This document shows, piece by piece, positions 18,498-29,034 of a stretch of DNA of 37,802 bases. The first letter of the stretch is position 1. Each line of letters begins with the position of its first letter. A program made the translations under genes and the position numbers. Source of the stretch: Candidatus Onthoplasma faecigallinarum. GTDB lineage: Bacteria > Bacillota > Clostridia > Christensenellales > UBA1242. The stretch spans positions 1-37,802 of the forward strand of contig DVMB01000057.1 in NCBI GenBank assembly GCA_018715225.1. The letters run 5' to 3'. The notes beneath the pieces were generated by a model, which made no database searches, was not told the origin of the DNA, and saw nothing but the letters and a program-made list of their open reading frames with translations.

Positions 18498-18506
18498 ATT
18501 ATATCA
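18498..18506 (-). promoter_or_regulatory. extended -10 element for recX, predicting a leaderless mRNA
   Basis: Minus strand reads TGa-TATAAT (18506-18498), atattt, ATG (18491). No SD and no good -35. Confidence 0.4.
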
Positions 18507-18814
18507 AATTTGAAAACTAAAGGATAATATTTTATATAAAAAATTGAGATTTTAAATTTATATATATTCTTTATATTAAAAAAATAGATTTTTATAATTT
18601 TATGTAAAAAAATTTTTTATTCTTTTAATTTTTTATATTAAATTCCTATTTTTTATATGCAAAAACGTGCATATTTCAATAAATTTTTCAATTTTTTAAA
18701 AAATTATATAAAAAATCAACGTATTTTATATGTGCAGAAATAATTTTTGAATTTTTTGATTTTCCTTAAATGTTATAAAAAATAATATTTTTCATTTGTT
18801 TTAAATAAAAAAAG

Positions 18815-18823
18815 TGTTATAAT
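18815..18823 (+). promoter_or_regulatory. extended -10 element upstream of eno
   Basis: TGt-TATAAT, followed by an AAAGGGG RBS and the ATG at 18842. Confidence 0.45.
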
Positions 18824-18841
18824 TTAACAAAGGGGTGTAAT

Positions 18842-20098
18842 ATGAAAATAAAAAAAATAAATGCATATGAAGTGATAGACAGCAGAGGTAATCCTACTGT
18901 TGAATGTGAAGTTGTTTTAGAGAACGGAATACGTGCTCACGCCATGGTTCCAAGTGGAGCATCTACTGGTGAACGTGAGGCACTAGAACTTCGTGATAAT
19001 GAAAAAAGATTTCACGGAAAAGGCGTTCAAAAAGCGGTCAGCAATACCAACAACATTATTGCAAAACATTTGATAGGAAAAGATGTTTCAAAGCAGGAAG
19101 ACATAGACAATCTCATGCTTAAATTGGACGGTACAGAATTCAAAACAAATCTAGGTGCTAACGCAATCCTTGCAGTCAGTTTGGCCGTTGCTAGAGCCAA
19201 CGCAGAATCAAAGCACAAACCTCTATACAAGACACTAGGTAAAGGCACTACTCTACCTATGCCTATGATGAATGTCATAAACGGCGGAGCACACGCTGAT
19301 TCTAACGTTGATTTCCAAGAATATATGATCGTCCCTGTAGGTGCTAAAACTTTTGCAGAGGCTATGCAATTTGCCAGCGAGACTTTTGTCGAACTAAAAA
19401 AAATTATTAAATCACTAGGTTATTCTACAGGCGTTGGCGATGAAGGCGGATTCGCTCCTAATTTTAAAGACAACGAACAACCTTTACAAATCATTGTCCA
19501 AGCCATAACAAACGCTGGCTATAGACCAAAACAAGATATTGCCATTGCCCTAGATGTAGCAGCAAGCGAATTCTACAATAAGGACACAAAATTATACGAA
19601 TTGAACAAGAGCAAAGCAGGCAAATTTTCTACCGACGAGATGATCGCTTGGTACACGCAACTGATTGATAAATATCCTATTATATCTATAGAAGACCCAC
19701 TGAGCGAAAACGATTGGAAAGGTTGGGCAAAGATCACAAAAAAATTGGGCAAAAAGATACAACTTGTTGGCGACGACGTCTTTGTAACCAACCCTAAGAT
19801 TTTGAAAGAAGGTATTGAAAAAGGAGTCGCCAATGCAATCTTAATTAAACTAAATCAAATTGGCACTTTGACTGAAACTTTGCAGACTATCAAACTAGCA
19901 AAAGGCAATGGATACAATACTATTATATCCCACCGAAGTGGAGAGACTGAAGATACCTTCATCGCAGACTTGGCAGTAGCCGTAGATGCAGGACAAATCA
20001 AGGCTGGCTCAATTTCTAGAACCGATCGTGTAGCGAAATACAATCAGTTGATCCGTATTGAAAGAGACTTAAAGAAAAAGGCAAAATTTAACATATGA
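18842..20098 (+). CDS. eno: enolase (phosphopyruvate hydratase)
   Basis: The N-terminus [16 protein letters not shown] and the [19 protein letters not shown] motif are present; 418 aa. Confidence 0.95.
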   Translation: MKIKKINAYEVIDSRGNPTVECEVVLENGIRAHAMVPSGASTGEREALELRDNEKRFHGKGVQKAVSNTNNIIAKHLIGKDVSKQEDIDNLMLKLDGTEFKTNLGANAILAVSLAVARANAESKHKPLYKTLGKGTTLPMPMMNVINGGAHADSNVDFQEYMIVPVGAKTFAEAMQFASETFVELKKIIKSLGYSTGVGDEGGFAPNFKDNEQPLQIIVQAITNAGYRPKQDIAIALDVAASEFYNKDTKLYELNKSKAGKFSTDEMIAWYTQLIDKYPIISIEDPLSENDWKGWAKITKKLGKKIQLVGDDVFVTNPKILKEGIEKGVANAILIKLNQIGTLTETLQTIKLAKGNGYNTIISHRSGETEDTFIADLAVAVDAGQIKAGSISRTDRVAKYNQLIRIERDLKKKAKFNI

Positions 20099-20751
20099 TA
20101 ATTACCATTGATGGACCTGCTGGCAGTGGAAAATCTAGCGTGGCAGAACAGTTGTCAAAAAGATTGAATTTTTTGCATTTCAATTCTGGTTCGCTTTATA
20201 GAGCGGTCACTGCTTTCCTACTCGAAAATAAATTTGATATAGACAGTATGGACTCCTCTTCTCCCATCCCTAAAATATCGTTTCAGGTAAAGTATGAAAA
20301 CGGAGTCCAAAGAGTATTTGTCAACCAAAAGGAATACACTCATAAACTTAGAGACAACACCATCAGCGTATTGACGCCAAAAGTGAGCAGTAATAAAAAT
20401 ATAAGAAAAGCCGTTGACGATTTTCAAAAAAAATTCACATCAAAACACGATTGCGTGATAGATGGTCGAGATATTGGCAGTTTCGTATTCCCTAATGCTG
20501 ATTACAAATTTTATCTAGATTGCGATATTGATGAACGCACGAAACGTAGATTGAGCGAAGAAAGGATAAAAAATCCTAATATTACATTCGATGAAATAAA
20601 AAAACAGATAATAAAACGTGATGAATTTGATAAAAATAAAAAAATTGCTCCGCTAGTTGTTCCTAAAAATGCAATCGTAATAGACTCCACCGCTCTTTCG
20701 ATAGATCAAGTCGTAAATAAAATGCTCCAATATATAAATGTAAAGCCGTAA
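20095..20751 (+). CDS. cmk: cytidylate kinase
   Basis: [16 protein letters not shown]-loop and GRDIG motif. The ATGA overlap with the eno stop suggests translational coupling. Confidence 0.9.
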   Translation: MIITIDGPAGSGKSSVAEQLSKRLNFLHFNSGSLYRAVTAFLLENKFDIDSMDSSSPIPKISFQVKYENGVQRVFVNQKEYTHKLRDNTISVLTPKVSSNKNIRKAVDDFQKKFTSKHDCVIDGRDIGSFVFPNADYKFYLDCDIDERTKRRLSEERIKNPNITFDEIKKQIIKRDEFDKNKKIAPLVVPKNAIVIDSTALSIDQVVNKMLQYINVKP

Positions 20752-20772
20752 ATAATCATTTGCGGTTTTTTT
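20745..20772 (+). terminator. intrinsic terminator after cmk
   Basis: GCCGTAAAT-aatc-ATTTGCGGT gives 9 bp including 2 G.U pairs, followed by TTTTTT. It overlaps the stop codon. Confidence 0.55.
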
Positions 20773-20957
20773 GTTGACTAATAGATATTCACGCATCAAC
20801 ATGGCATGTATCAAAAAGGCATAAAAAGCAAAATTTGTTGACCACAATTTCTATAGACTATATCTCAAAAATTTCTAAAAAATTAAATAATAACCTCTTC
20901 TTTCGCATATTTGTAGTATATAGTTAAACAAATTTTATTAAAATTCAAAAATCACTA

Positions 20958-20986
20958 TTGACAAAAATGCCTGTACGTATTATACT
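20958..20986 (+). promoter_or_regulatory. sigma-A promoter for the 742-aa gene
   Basis: TTGACA, a 17-nt spacer, then TATACT. A GGGAGGGG RBS precedes the ATG at 21024. Confidence 0.55.
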
Positions 20987-21023
20987 TTAGGCATAAAGAA
21001 ACCAGTTTTCTTGGGAGGGGAAT

Positions 21024-23252
21024 ATGGCAGATACCACTACAATTAAAAAATTAATGGGAATATTTAATAATTATATAGCGGATAGTACTGCTACTAATTT
21101 TTCAACTTATTGCACGGCTCATTCTTATACCACAACAGATGGCAATCTAAATACAACGGACATCAATAGTCTAGCTGATGCAGAACATTTGACCTTTGCT
21201 GGTGCTAGCGATGCTACTATCTCTAGCAAATTGGAAGAGATTATTCGTTTTGTATATGATCACAATAGTCAAATTGCATCTCCAGCCCAAGATATGAATA
21301 TGTTTTTGAGAGAGATTGTAACTTATCTAAATGCCAACGGCAAACATTTAGCACTTTCAAATGAAGAAGCCAATAAAATCATCGACGCTATACCTACCTC
21401 AATCTCGATCAATGATATCACTGTTCCTAAGACCAAACGTAGATCAGCGTGGCTTGCTAAAAAGGTCGGTATCCCTACCCTTATCACAGCAGGCGTATGC
21501 GGAGCTGTTGCCGCTTTGATCGGCGCATCGGGTGCCGTAGTTGGTGCACTTCCTTTCTTGACAGATAGTTTAATTTTGAATATCGCCACTTTGGGAACCT
21601 TGGGCGTAGTGGCGGGTGCGATAGTTACACCGATAGTAATCGTTGCCAAGAACGCTATCACTCGTGCATATTACAAAAACAAATATGGTAGAAAGTCCGA
21701 TAGTTTAAAAATGTTACTAGAAAGTGGGGCTTTAACTCACGAAGACCTCAAAAGTCTCAACCTTGACATCGTCAAACTTATGGATCTAATCAAAGAGACT
21801 GATGACAAACTAATTAGATACAAAACTGAAGATGCTAATCCAATCAAAAAAGGATGGAGAAAGTTTAAATCCTACTTTATGAGGAAAACCAACAGAAACA
21901 GAATGCACGAATTGGTTGCCTTTACAAAAATGTTGGAGGGTAAAGCAGATTCAGCAGAAACCGAAAGCGAGCGAAAAAAATATAAACTTCTCTATGATTA
22001 TATAGATAATTTCTGGGGAAATAATATAGTAGATAATTATTCGAAACTTCGTAAACACGCTGCAGATAAAGGCAAAGCAGACAAAAAAATTAAAGTACAA
22101 AATCTTGACATAATTACAAAAGCCAGCATGAAAAAAGCTGATAAAAAACGTACGTCTTTATTGCTAAATAGAGCCAAAAATTTGGTACAACGTGCTATTC
22201 TTAGAAATTTATTGACAGGAAATGCTGGCGTATTAAATCACGATTTTAGATTAAGTGATAGTTATGCTCCTGCACCAGCCGCTCCAGTGGCTACTCCTGT
22301 AACTCCAGCGGCTACGCCTATTACTCCTAGTACTCCTGCAACTCCAGTGGCTACTCCTGTAACTCATGAGCCTTCATATGAAACTGGTGGCGATACAAGC
22401 GATACTGGTGGCGATACAAGCGAGACTTGGAAAGACTCATGGCTTCGCTTGATTACCGGTAAAAGACTAAGCGAGGATGAATCTTTTAGTGGAGATACTG
22501 AAGATGCAGCTGCAGCAGATGCCCCTTCAGCTGAAGAAACATCTGTAGCAGATGACCCAGATCTACTAGATATAGCTAAAGCCGTAGAAGAGGGAGGAGA
22601 TGCAGCACGTGATAGTTTAATTGGAGATATGGTTGGTCGTACTCATGACGCTGAAGATTCACATTTAAGAGGAGATGCTGAACCAGCAGAAACTGATGAA
22701 GCAACTCATGATGGTTATACACCTAGAGAAATCGATCCTATCTTTGAAGATACCGATCCTGAATGGTTTGAAGACACATTTGATGAAGACACATTTGGTA
22801 GCTTCATATTTGACGAAAAAACTCCTGCTGAAGATAGAGCTCCTACAGAAGACAAAGATAAAGCAGAAGAACCTGCCCCTGCTGGCGATACTGCCGAAGA
22901 TAGCGATAAAAAAGACAAAGCTCCTACGGAAAAACTCCCACCACTTATTGCTGACAGAAAGGCACTATTGGATATGGAAGCTATCATGCTAAATACATTG
23001 GAAAAAACTAACATGGATGTATTGACTACAGCAACAGGTTGTGATGAAAAAACATTGGAAAAGTTCAAAAAAGCATTAGAAAAATCTCAAGATACTAGAC
23101 AACCATTAGCAAAGAAATTGAGACGTATGAAAAGCCTTGGAGAAAATAGTGAAGAATTATACCAAACAATATCTGCTTTGGCTAAAGATAAAGCAATTGA
23201 ATCTAAAGCTGATGCACTATATGCAATGGTAGAAGCTTCTCTTAGACACTAA
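21024..23252 (+). CDS. orphan membrane protein with Pro/Thr linker, tandem repeats and a hyper-acidic region (742 aa)
   Basis: Strong RBS and its own promoter and terminator. Gly/Ala-rich TM hairpin at GVCGAVAALIGASGAVVGALPF...LGVVAGAIVTPIVIVA. This is followed by a basic helical region, the APAPAAPVATPVTPAATPITPSTPATPVATPVT linker, a D/E-rich ~200 aa stretch, and a C-terminal helical domain. Confidence 0.85.
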   Translation: MADTTTIKKLMGIFNNYIADSTATNFSTYCTAHSYTTTDGNLNTTDINSLADAEHLTFAGASDATISSKLEEIIRFVYDHNSQIASPAQDMNMFLREIVTYLNANGKHLALSNEEANKIIDAIPTSISINDITVPKTKRRSAWLAKKVGIPTLITAGVCGAVAALIGASGAVVGALPFLTDSLILNIATLGTLGVVAGAIVTPIVIVAKNAITRAYYKNKYGRKSDSLKMLLESGALTHEDLKSLNLDIVKLMDLIKETDDKLIRYKTEDANPIKKGWRKFKSYFMRKTNRNRMHELVAFTKMLEGKADSAETESERKKYKLLYDYIDNFWGNNIVDNYSKLRKHAADKGKADKKIKVQNLDIITKASMKKADKKRTSLLLNRAKNLVQRAILRNLLTGNAGVLNHDFRLSDSYAPAPAAPVATPVTPAATPITPSTPATPVATPVTHEPSYETGGDTSDTGGDTSETWKDSWLRLITGKRLSEDESFSGDTEDAAAADAPSAEETSVADDPDLLDIAKAVEEGGDAARDSLIGDMVGRTHDAEDSHLRGDAEPAETDEATHDGYTPREIDPIFEDTDPEWFEDTFDEDTFGSFIFDEKTPAEDRAPTEDKDKAEEPAPAGDTAEDSDKKDKAPTEKLPPLIADRKALLDMEAIMLNTLEKTNMDVLTTATGCDEKTLEKFKKALEKSQDTRQPLAKKLRRMKSLGENSEELYQTISALAKDKAIESKADALYAMVEASLRH
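22282..22365 (+). repeat. 24-nt direct repeat pair, 60-nt period, inside the 742-aa gene
   Basis: CTCCAGTGGCTACTCCTGTAACTC occurs at 22282-22305 and again at 22342-22365, encoding PVATPVT twice. Confidence 0.9.
22383..22424 (+). repeat. 21-nt tandem duplication inside the 742-aa gene
   Basis: ACTGGTGGCGATACAAGCGAT is followed by ACTGGTGGCGATACAAGCGAG (20 of 21 identical), encoding TGGDTSD/TGGDTSE. Confidence 0.9.
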
Positions 23253-23293
23253 TTCTTAAGAATTGACTAAATATGTATATTTTGCAAATTATT

Positions 23294-23326
23294 AAAAACT
23301 CTCTGGAGAAATCTAGAGAGTTTTTT
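23294..23326 (+). terminator. intrinsic terminator after the 742-aa gene
   Basis: AAAAA-CTCTCTGGA-gaaa-TCTAGAGAG-TTTTTT. Confidence 0.75.
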
Positions 23327-23353
23327 CATTTTGTTATCTATATAAATTCTAAA

Positions 23354-23381
23354 GAAAAAAGACCGAATGGTCGGTCTTTTT
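23354..23381. terminator. bidirectional intrinsic terminator (serves rubrerythrin on the minus strand)
   Basis: AAAAAA-GACCGA-atgg-TCGGTC-TTTTT. Confidence 0.75.
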
Positions 23382-23919
23382 AATAATTTTGACAATCAAC
23401 TTCAAAATAACTTTGTGGGTGGCTACATACTGGGCAAACTTTAGGTGCTGTCTTGCCAACATGTTTGTGTCCACAATTACGGCATACCCATACTGTAACT
23501 TCTTTCTTAACAAAGCATTTTTTCTTAGTAACGTTTTCTAGAAGAGCGTTGTATCTTGCTTCATGTTCTGCTTCAATCTTCGCTACCCCTTCAAACATTT
23601 TAGCAATCGCCAAGAAACCTTCTTTCTTCGCTGTAGCGGCAAAATTCTTGTACATATCTGTCCATTCATAATTTTCGCCAGCAGCTGCATCTTTTAGGTT
23701 GGTCATTGTATCTGGAATAGCTCCATCATGCAACAATTTGAACCACATCTTTGCGTGCTCTTTTTCATTGTTAGCAGTAAGTTCAAAAATGGCAGCTATC
23801 TGTTCGTAGCCGTCTTTCTTCGCTTGGCTAGCATAGTAAGTATATTTATTCCTTGCTTGGCTTTCTCCAGCGAATGCTGTCCACAAGTTTTTCTCTGTTT
23901 GAGAACCTCTTAATTCCAT
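23380..23919 (-). CDS. rbr: rubrerythrin
   Basis: Ferritin-like diiron helices ([18 protein letters not shown]) plus a C-terminal rubredoxin-like CRNCG...CPVCS. Start set at [12 protein letters not shown] (AGGAGG RBS); 179 aa. Confidence 0.9.
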   Translation of the reverse strand: MELRGSQTEKNLWTAFAGESQARNKYTYYASQAKKDGYEQIAAIFELTANNEKEHAKMWFKLLHDGAIPDTMTNLKDAAAGENYEWTDMYKNFAATAKKEGFLAIAKMFEGVAKIEAEHEARYNALLENVTKKKCFVKKEVTVWVCRNCGHKHVGKTAPKVCPVCSHPQSYFEVDCQNY

Positions 23920-24011
23920 AATTCCTCCTATAAATCTAGACATATTATACGACATTCAAAAAATATTGGCAAATGATTTTCTTCAATTTTTAACAAATTA
24001 TTTGTGTCAAA

Positions 24012-25295
24012 TCACTTATTTCTGGTCTTTTTCCTGATAAGTCCACGCTCTCTACCATTGTTGCTAGGCTTATAATAGATCCTATCCTTTAACTTGTCTG
24101 GCAAATATTGTTGTTTTACATATCCGCCGTAATCGTGCGGATACTTATATTCAGGCGGATTATCTACATCGTAATGGTAATTTTTTAGATGTTCAGGTAT
24201 ATTGTCGTCAGGGTTGAATTCTGCATCATATTTGGCAGCATTCAATGCCTCTACTACACTATTTGATTTTTCTGCCTCGCATACATAGATGATAGCGTGT
24301 GCTAACGGAATATTTCCCTCTGGCATGCCTAAATTTTTGACTGCATTCATTGCAACCATAGCGAGAAGTGCCGCATTGCTATCTGCCATACCGACATCTT
24401 CACTAGCATGGGCGATCAATCTTCTGCAGATGAGCAGTGGGTCGCATCCCGCTTTTATCAATCTTTCCGCATAATATAATGCGGCGTCAGTGTCGCTCCC
24501 ACGCAAGCTTTTGCAAAAGGCACTCAGCATATCATAATACAAATTTTCATCTATAGAGATGACTGGCTGCTGGATACACTGACTAGCCACAAGTTTATCT
24601 ATATGTATAGAATTGTCCTTGCTGAGCGGTGTGGTAGTAACCGCCAATTCCAAGGCGTTGTATGCCGAACGCAAATCTCCATTGCTAAACATTGCAATAT
24701 GATTGATAGCGTCCATATCCGCTTTGATATTCAGTCTACCATAGCCACGTGCTTTATCTTTTATGGCACGAATGAGTGCATCTTTTATATCGTCGACAGC
24801 GAGAGGTAGGAATTTGAATATCCTACATCTGCTCACGATAGCGGGTGTCATACTGATATGCGGGTTTTCTGTCGTGGTGCCAATAAAAGTGATATATCCT
24901 CGCTCCACTGCCTCTAGGACGGAATCGCTCTGGGCTTTGTTCCATCTATGACATTCGTCCAGGATAAGGACAGTTGATTTGCCCGTCAATTCAAAATTCG
25001 ACCTCGCCTGCTCTATGACTTTTTTGGCGTCAGCCACTCCGCTAGATACCGCATTCAACTTTTTGTATTCAAGGTCTAGTGATTTCGCTATTATAAACGC
25101 TAGGGTCGTTTTCCCCACTCCAGGTGGACCATAAAAAATACAACTGCCAAGTCGGTTGACCTTCAGCGCTCGTCTAATTAAACTATCCTTTCCTACTATA
25201 TGTTTTTGCCCCACAAATTCTTCTAGGGTTTGTGCCCGCATACGCTCTGCTAAGGGGGTATTGTTCACATTCAATTCTTCACTAATTGTACTCAT
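24012..25295 (-). CDS. rarA: replication-associated recombination protein A (AAA+ ATPase)
   Basis: Walker A GPPGVGKTT, Walker B VLILDECHRWNK, and MgsA-type C-terminal domain (AERLIKAGCDPLLICRRL...SEDVG.AD). Confidence 0.92.
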   Translation of the reverse strand: MSTISEELNVNNTPLAERMRAQTLEEFVGQKHIVGKDSLIRRALKVNRLGSCIFYGPPGVGKTTLAFIIAKSLDLEYKKLNAVSSGVADAKKVIEQARSNFELTGKSTVLILDECHRWNKAQSDSVLEAVERGYITFIGTTTENPHISMTPAIVSRCRIFKFLPLAVDDIKDALIRAIKDKARGYGRLNIKADMDAINHIAMFSNGDLRSAYNALELAVTTTPLSKDNSIHIDKLVASQCIQQPVISIDENLYYDMLSAFCKSLRGSDTDAALYYAERLIKAGCDPLLICRRLIAHASEDVGMADSNAALLAMVAMNAVKNLGMPEGNIPLAHAIIYVCEAEKSNSVVEALNAAKYDAEFNPDDNIPEHLKNYHYDVDNPPEYKYPHDYGGYVKQQYLPDKLKDRIYYKPSNNGRERGLIRKKTRNK

Positions 25296-25301
25296 ATAAT
25301 C

Positions 25302-25329
25302 ATTATATCAAAATTGGTGCAAATTTCAA
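25302..25329 (-). promoter_or_regulatory. extended -10 promoter for rarA, predicting a leaderless mRNA
   Basis: Minus strand reads TTGAAA (25329-25324), a 16-nt spacer, then TGa-TATAAT (25310-25302), gattat, ATG (25295). No SD. Confidence 0.45.
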
Positions 25330-25904
25330 AATGTTTCGTTTACATTAATCTTTTTTATGTGATTGTTTATCCTATAAATAAGGATAAACGAGATATTGTA
25401 TTTGTTCTTTCTCACAATGACATTTTTATCGTTTATTGAGATGTTTAATATTCTATGCACTATGTTTAGAAAACTAATCAAACTCTTGCATTCATTCAAA
25501 CAAAACAAATTGTCCAACATATCGTGCATTGTTCGGTTTTTTATTTCGTTAAAATCAAATTCGGTAGATTTGATCAAAATATTGAAATATTTGTAAAAAG
25601 ATTTGCAATTAAAAATTATTTTTACCTCTCCTAACGCCCGAAAATATAAATATTCTCCCCTTTGAAATACTCTATCTATGTTTTTTATAACGACCGTTTT
25701 CTTGTTTCGTTTTAGATATATTGTATTTTTTAATATCAATAGTTTTGCTTCTCCCACTTTTATCCTGTGTCTCTTCTTTGAATGAAATACTAGCCCATAT
25801 CTTGTCATGCTTAATCTAGGTATCGGCTTAATGATAAATTTAACTTTATATAGTAGAATGAAGACTATCGTCAATATCAAAAAGTATATTATCACGATGT
25901 ACAT
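25326..25904 (-). CDS. hypothetical membrane-anchored protein (192 aa)
   Basis: N-terminal TM helix (YIVIIYFLILTIVFILLY). Very AT-rich and Lys/Asn/Ile-rich, with no motif I recognise. No SD; a TAAAAT hexamer sits 7 nt before the ATG. Confidence 0.6.
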   Translation of the reverse strand: MYIVIIYFLILTIVFILLYKVKFIIKPIPRLSMTRYGLVFHSKKRHRIKVGEAKLLILKNTIYLKRNKKTVVIKNIDRVFQRGEYLYFRALGEVKIIFNCKSFYKYFNILIKSTEFDFNEIKNRTMHDMLDNLFCLNECKSLISFLNIVHRILNISINDKNVIVRKNKYNISFILIYRINNHIKKINVNETF

Positions 25905-25943
25905 GTATGAATTTTATCCATTGGGTAAAAATTTAAAATATAT

Positions 25944-25972
25944 TTGACAAATTCATGTACCTTTACTAAAAT
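25944..25972 (+). promoter_or_regulatory. sigma-A promoter for gap
   Basis: TTGACA, a 17-nt spacer, then TAAAAT. An AAGGGGG RBS follows. Confidence 0.55.
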
Positions 25973-25974
25973 AA

Positions 25975-27012
<1,038 letters not shown>

Positions 27013-27059
27013 ATAAACCAATAAATAAAATTATCGAATAATAAATGTTAAATAAAAAA

Positions 27060-27080
27060 GCATGAAATTCATGTTTTTTT
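27060..27080 (+). terminator. weak intrinsic terminator after gap
   Basis: GCATGA-aat-TCATGT followed by TTTTTT. The stem is short and AT-rich. Confidence 0.4.
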
Positions 27081-27147
27081 ATTTTCTTTATTAAATAATT
27101 TTACTTTATCAAAATAATTGTATAATATAATTAAAATTAGAGGAAAA

Positions 27148-27669
27148 ATGAAAAAAATTAAAAATTTAAGTGATTTTTTAGACAAATTAGAATTATTTTT
27201 AATTATTTTAATAATTTTTCTCATTTCTATTCACATCATTCTTATAGATTTGCTGCGTGAATATAACGACATCATTTCATTGATTCTTGGTATTATTACT
27301 GTGGTTTCTGCGATCATCACCATAATAATAGAAAATATAAAAGATAAAAAACAAAAATTAAAAAGAGAAAAAACTATCAAAGACTACAAACCAAATGAAT
27401 TTGTTCCAATGACAATATTGATTTTATTGGTTTGTTTATATATATCTTTTATCATCATGACATATGCGAACACTTATAATGTAGATATAAATAAGTGGGA
27501 CTTGACTTCTGTCAACATCGGTTTGTATTCGCTGATATTTGTGGTGTTTACGTTTATCCTACCAACATATAAAAAAGAAATAAAAAAAATAGAATATAAA
27601 ATTGATAATAAAATAAATAAATTTAAGTCCAATCAAAATATCAAAGATACCGCTTTTTATCAAAGCTAA
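27148..27669 (+). CDS. small polytopic membrane protein (173 aa, ~4 TM)
   Basis: Start moved to the ATG at 27148 behind an AGAGGA RBS. A TATAAT lies at 27120-27125. Extremely AT-rich; no recognisable motif. Confidence 0.6.
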   Translation: MKKIKNLSDFLDKLELFLIILIIFLISIHIILIDLLREYNDIISLILGIITVVSAIITIIIENIKDKKQKLKREKTIKDYKPNEFVPMTILILLVCLYISFIIMTYANTYNVDINKWDLTSVNIGLYSLIFVVFTFILPTYKKEIKKIEYKIDNKINKFKSNQNIKDTAFYQS

Positions 27670-27678
27670 ATCTATTAT

Positions 27679-27945
27679 TTGAAAATAAAATTCAATAAAT
27701 TAACTCAAAATATGATTATAAATAGTTTTATTTTCGTTCTATCAATTATTTCAACATTTTTTTCATTCTTTGAGCGTGTATCTTTCCTATCAATATGTTC
27801 TATATTATTTTGTGTATATAACGTCATAAACATTTTGTTTGAAGTAAAACGCTTATATAATTTTGACCTAAAATATTATGAAGAGAAAGCGGAAAATCAA
27901 CTAAGGCAAATCAAAGATAATGAAACAGATCATGAACAAAAATAA
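27679..27945 (+). CDS. small membrane protein (88 aa from TTG, or 77 aa from ATG 27712)
   Basis: Two TM helices then a charged tail. No clear RBS, and the start is uncertain. Confidence 0.4.
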   Translation: MKIKFNKLTQNMIINSFIFVLSIISTFFSFFERVSFLSICSILFCVYNVINILFEVKRLYNFDLKYYEEKAENQLRQIKDNETDHEQK

Positions 27946-28484
27946 TTTTTCAAAAGTCCTGTATATATTATTTTTTTGTTTTCCAATTTCATGAAGTCTA
28001 TAGGTTTAATAATCTTTGGTAAATTTCTAGAATTGTCTATATCAAAATACGCCAGACACGCCCTAACAAATTGCGAACAATAGAATCTCTTTTTCGGCTC
28101 TAGATTTTTCTTGAAACATGCCATGAATATGCCCCAATAGTTATAATGAAATTGAAGTCGATTTTTCTGTAGATATTCTATAAAAAATTTGATTTTATAA
28201 TACTCCTCTTCGGTTATATATAGTTCGATTACCATTGCTTTGGTGTTATAAAACCTTTTGAATGTACCTGTGTTTTTCCCTTCTTTCACAAACCCACCTT
28301 TGAAAGGGTTATATGGATTGAGTCTTCCAAAGGAATACATTTCGTCCAATGTTGGACTTAGAGAAATGGAGGCATGATTGTATTCTGCTTTCGTAAAAAA
28401 TTTCAATGCTCTTGAAAACATTGTCCCAGTTTGGCTCAAGATGATATATATTTTCTTTTTCATTTTACATGAACATTGTATCAT
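27930..28484 (-). CDS. permuted papain-like (YiiX/YaeF, C92-type) hydrolase candidate
   Basis: His-before-Cys order: AEYNHASISL, later FYCSQFVRACL. The size and pattern match the permuted NlpC/P60-like family as I remember it. The start is uncertain (ATG 28484 or 28463). The 3' end overlaps the convergent 88-aa ORF by 16 nt. Confidence 0.5.
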   Translation of the reverse strand: MIQCSCKMKKKIYIILSQTGTMFSRALKFFTKAEYNHASISLSPTLDEMYSFGRLNPYNPFKGGFVKEGKNTGTFKRFYNTKAMVIELYITEEEYYKIKFFIEYLQKNRLQFHYNYWGIFMACFKKNLEPKKRFYCSQFVRACLAYFDIDNSRNLPKIIKPIDFMKLENKKIIYTGLLKNYFCS

Positions 28485-28508
28485 AATACGTATATTTAAT
28501 CAAACCTT

Positions 28509-28536
28509 TTGATATAAATATAAACTATGTTATAAT
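28509..28536 (+). promoter_or_regulatory. extended -10 promoter for the UDG-superfamily gene, predicting a leaderless mRNA
   Basis: TTGATA (28509-28514), a 16-nt spacer, then TGt-TATAAT (28528-28536), atactt, ATG (28543). No SD. Confidence 0.5.
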
Positions 28537-28542
28537 ATACTT

Positions 28543-29025
28543 ATGAACGCAACAAAAGTAATTCACCCTTTTGCTCCAATATTCGACCAAAATAGCAAAA
28601 TCCTTATCTTAGGCAGTATGCCAAGTCCAAAATCTAGAGAGGTGGGTATGTATTATGCTCATCCCAAAAATAGATTTTGGAAAATTTTATCTATAGTTTT
28701 AAACGACTCATTCCCAGTTACAAATGACGACAAAAGAGCTTTCTTATTAAAGCACAATATCGCCGTATGGGACGTGATTGAATCATGTGAGATTGTGGGA
28801 GCGAGCGACTCTAGCATAAAAAATCCAAGGGTCAATTACTTCAATTCTATTTTAGACAACAGCAAAATTTCTGCCATCTTTACCCTAGGAAAAACTGCAA
28901 CAAAAATCTACAGATCCATGACGGGAAGAGACAGTATATATCTACCATCTACAAGCCCAGCAAATTGTGCAATGAAAGATGAAGAATTGATAAAAAGTTT
29001 TGAAATTATACTAAAATATTTGTAA
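28543..29025 (+). CDS. UDG-superfamily glycosylase, DNA-deoxyinosine (hypoxanthine) glycosylase-like
   Basis: ILILGSMPSPKSREVGMYYAHPKNRFWKIL and ...LPSTSPAN match the small (~160 aa) UDG-family enzymes annotated as DNA-deoxyinosine glycosylase. Confidence 0.8.
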   Translation: MNATKVIHPFAPIFDQNSKILILGSMPSPKSREVGMYYAHPKNRFWKILSIVLNDSFPVTNDDKRAFLLKHNIAVWDVIESCEIVGASDSSIKNPRVNYFNSILDNSKISAIFTLGKTATKIYRSMTGRDSIYLPSTSPANCAMKDEELIKSFEIILKYL

Positions 29026-29034
29026 ATTTTAGAT

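Noticed and set aside
22675-23068. ORFs 22675-22992 (+) and 22715-23068 (-) inside the 742-aa gene
   Set aside because: They are alternative-frame or antisense open frames created by the GA-rich acidic-region codons. They have no RBS and are fully nested in a better-supported gene.
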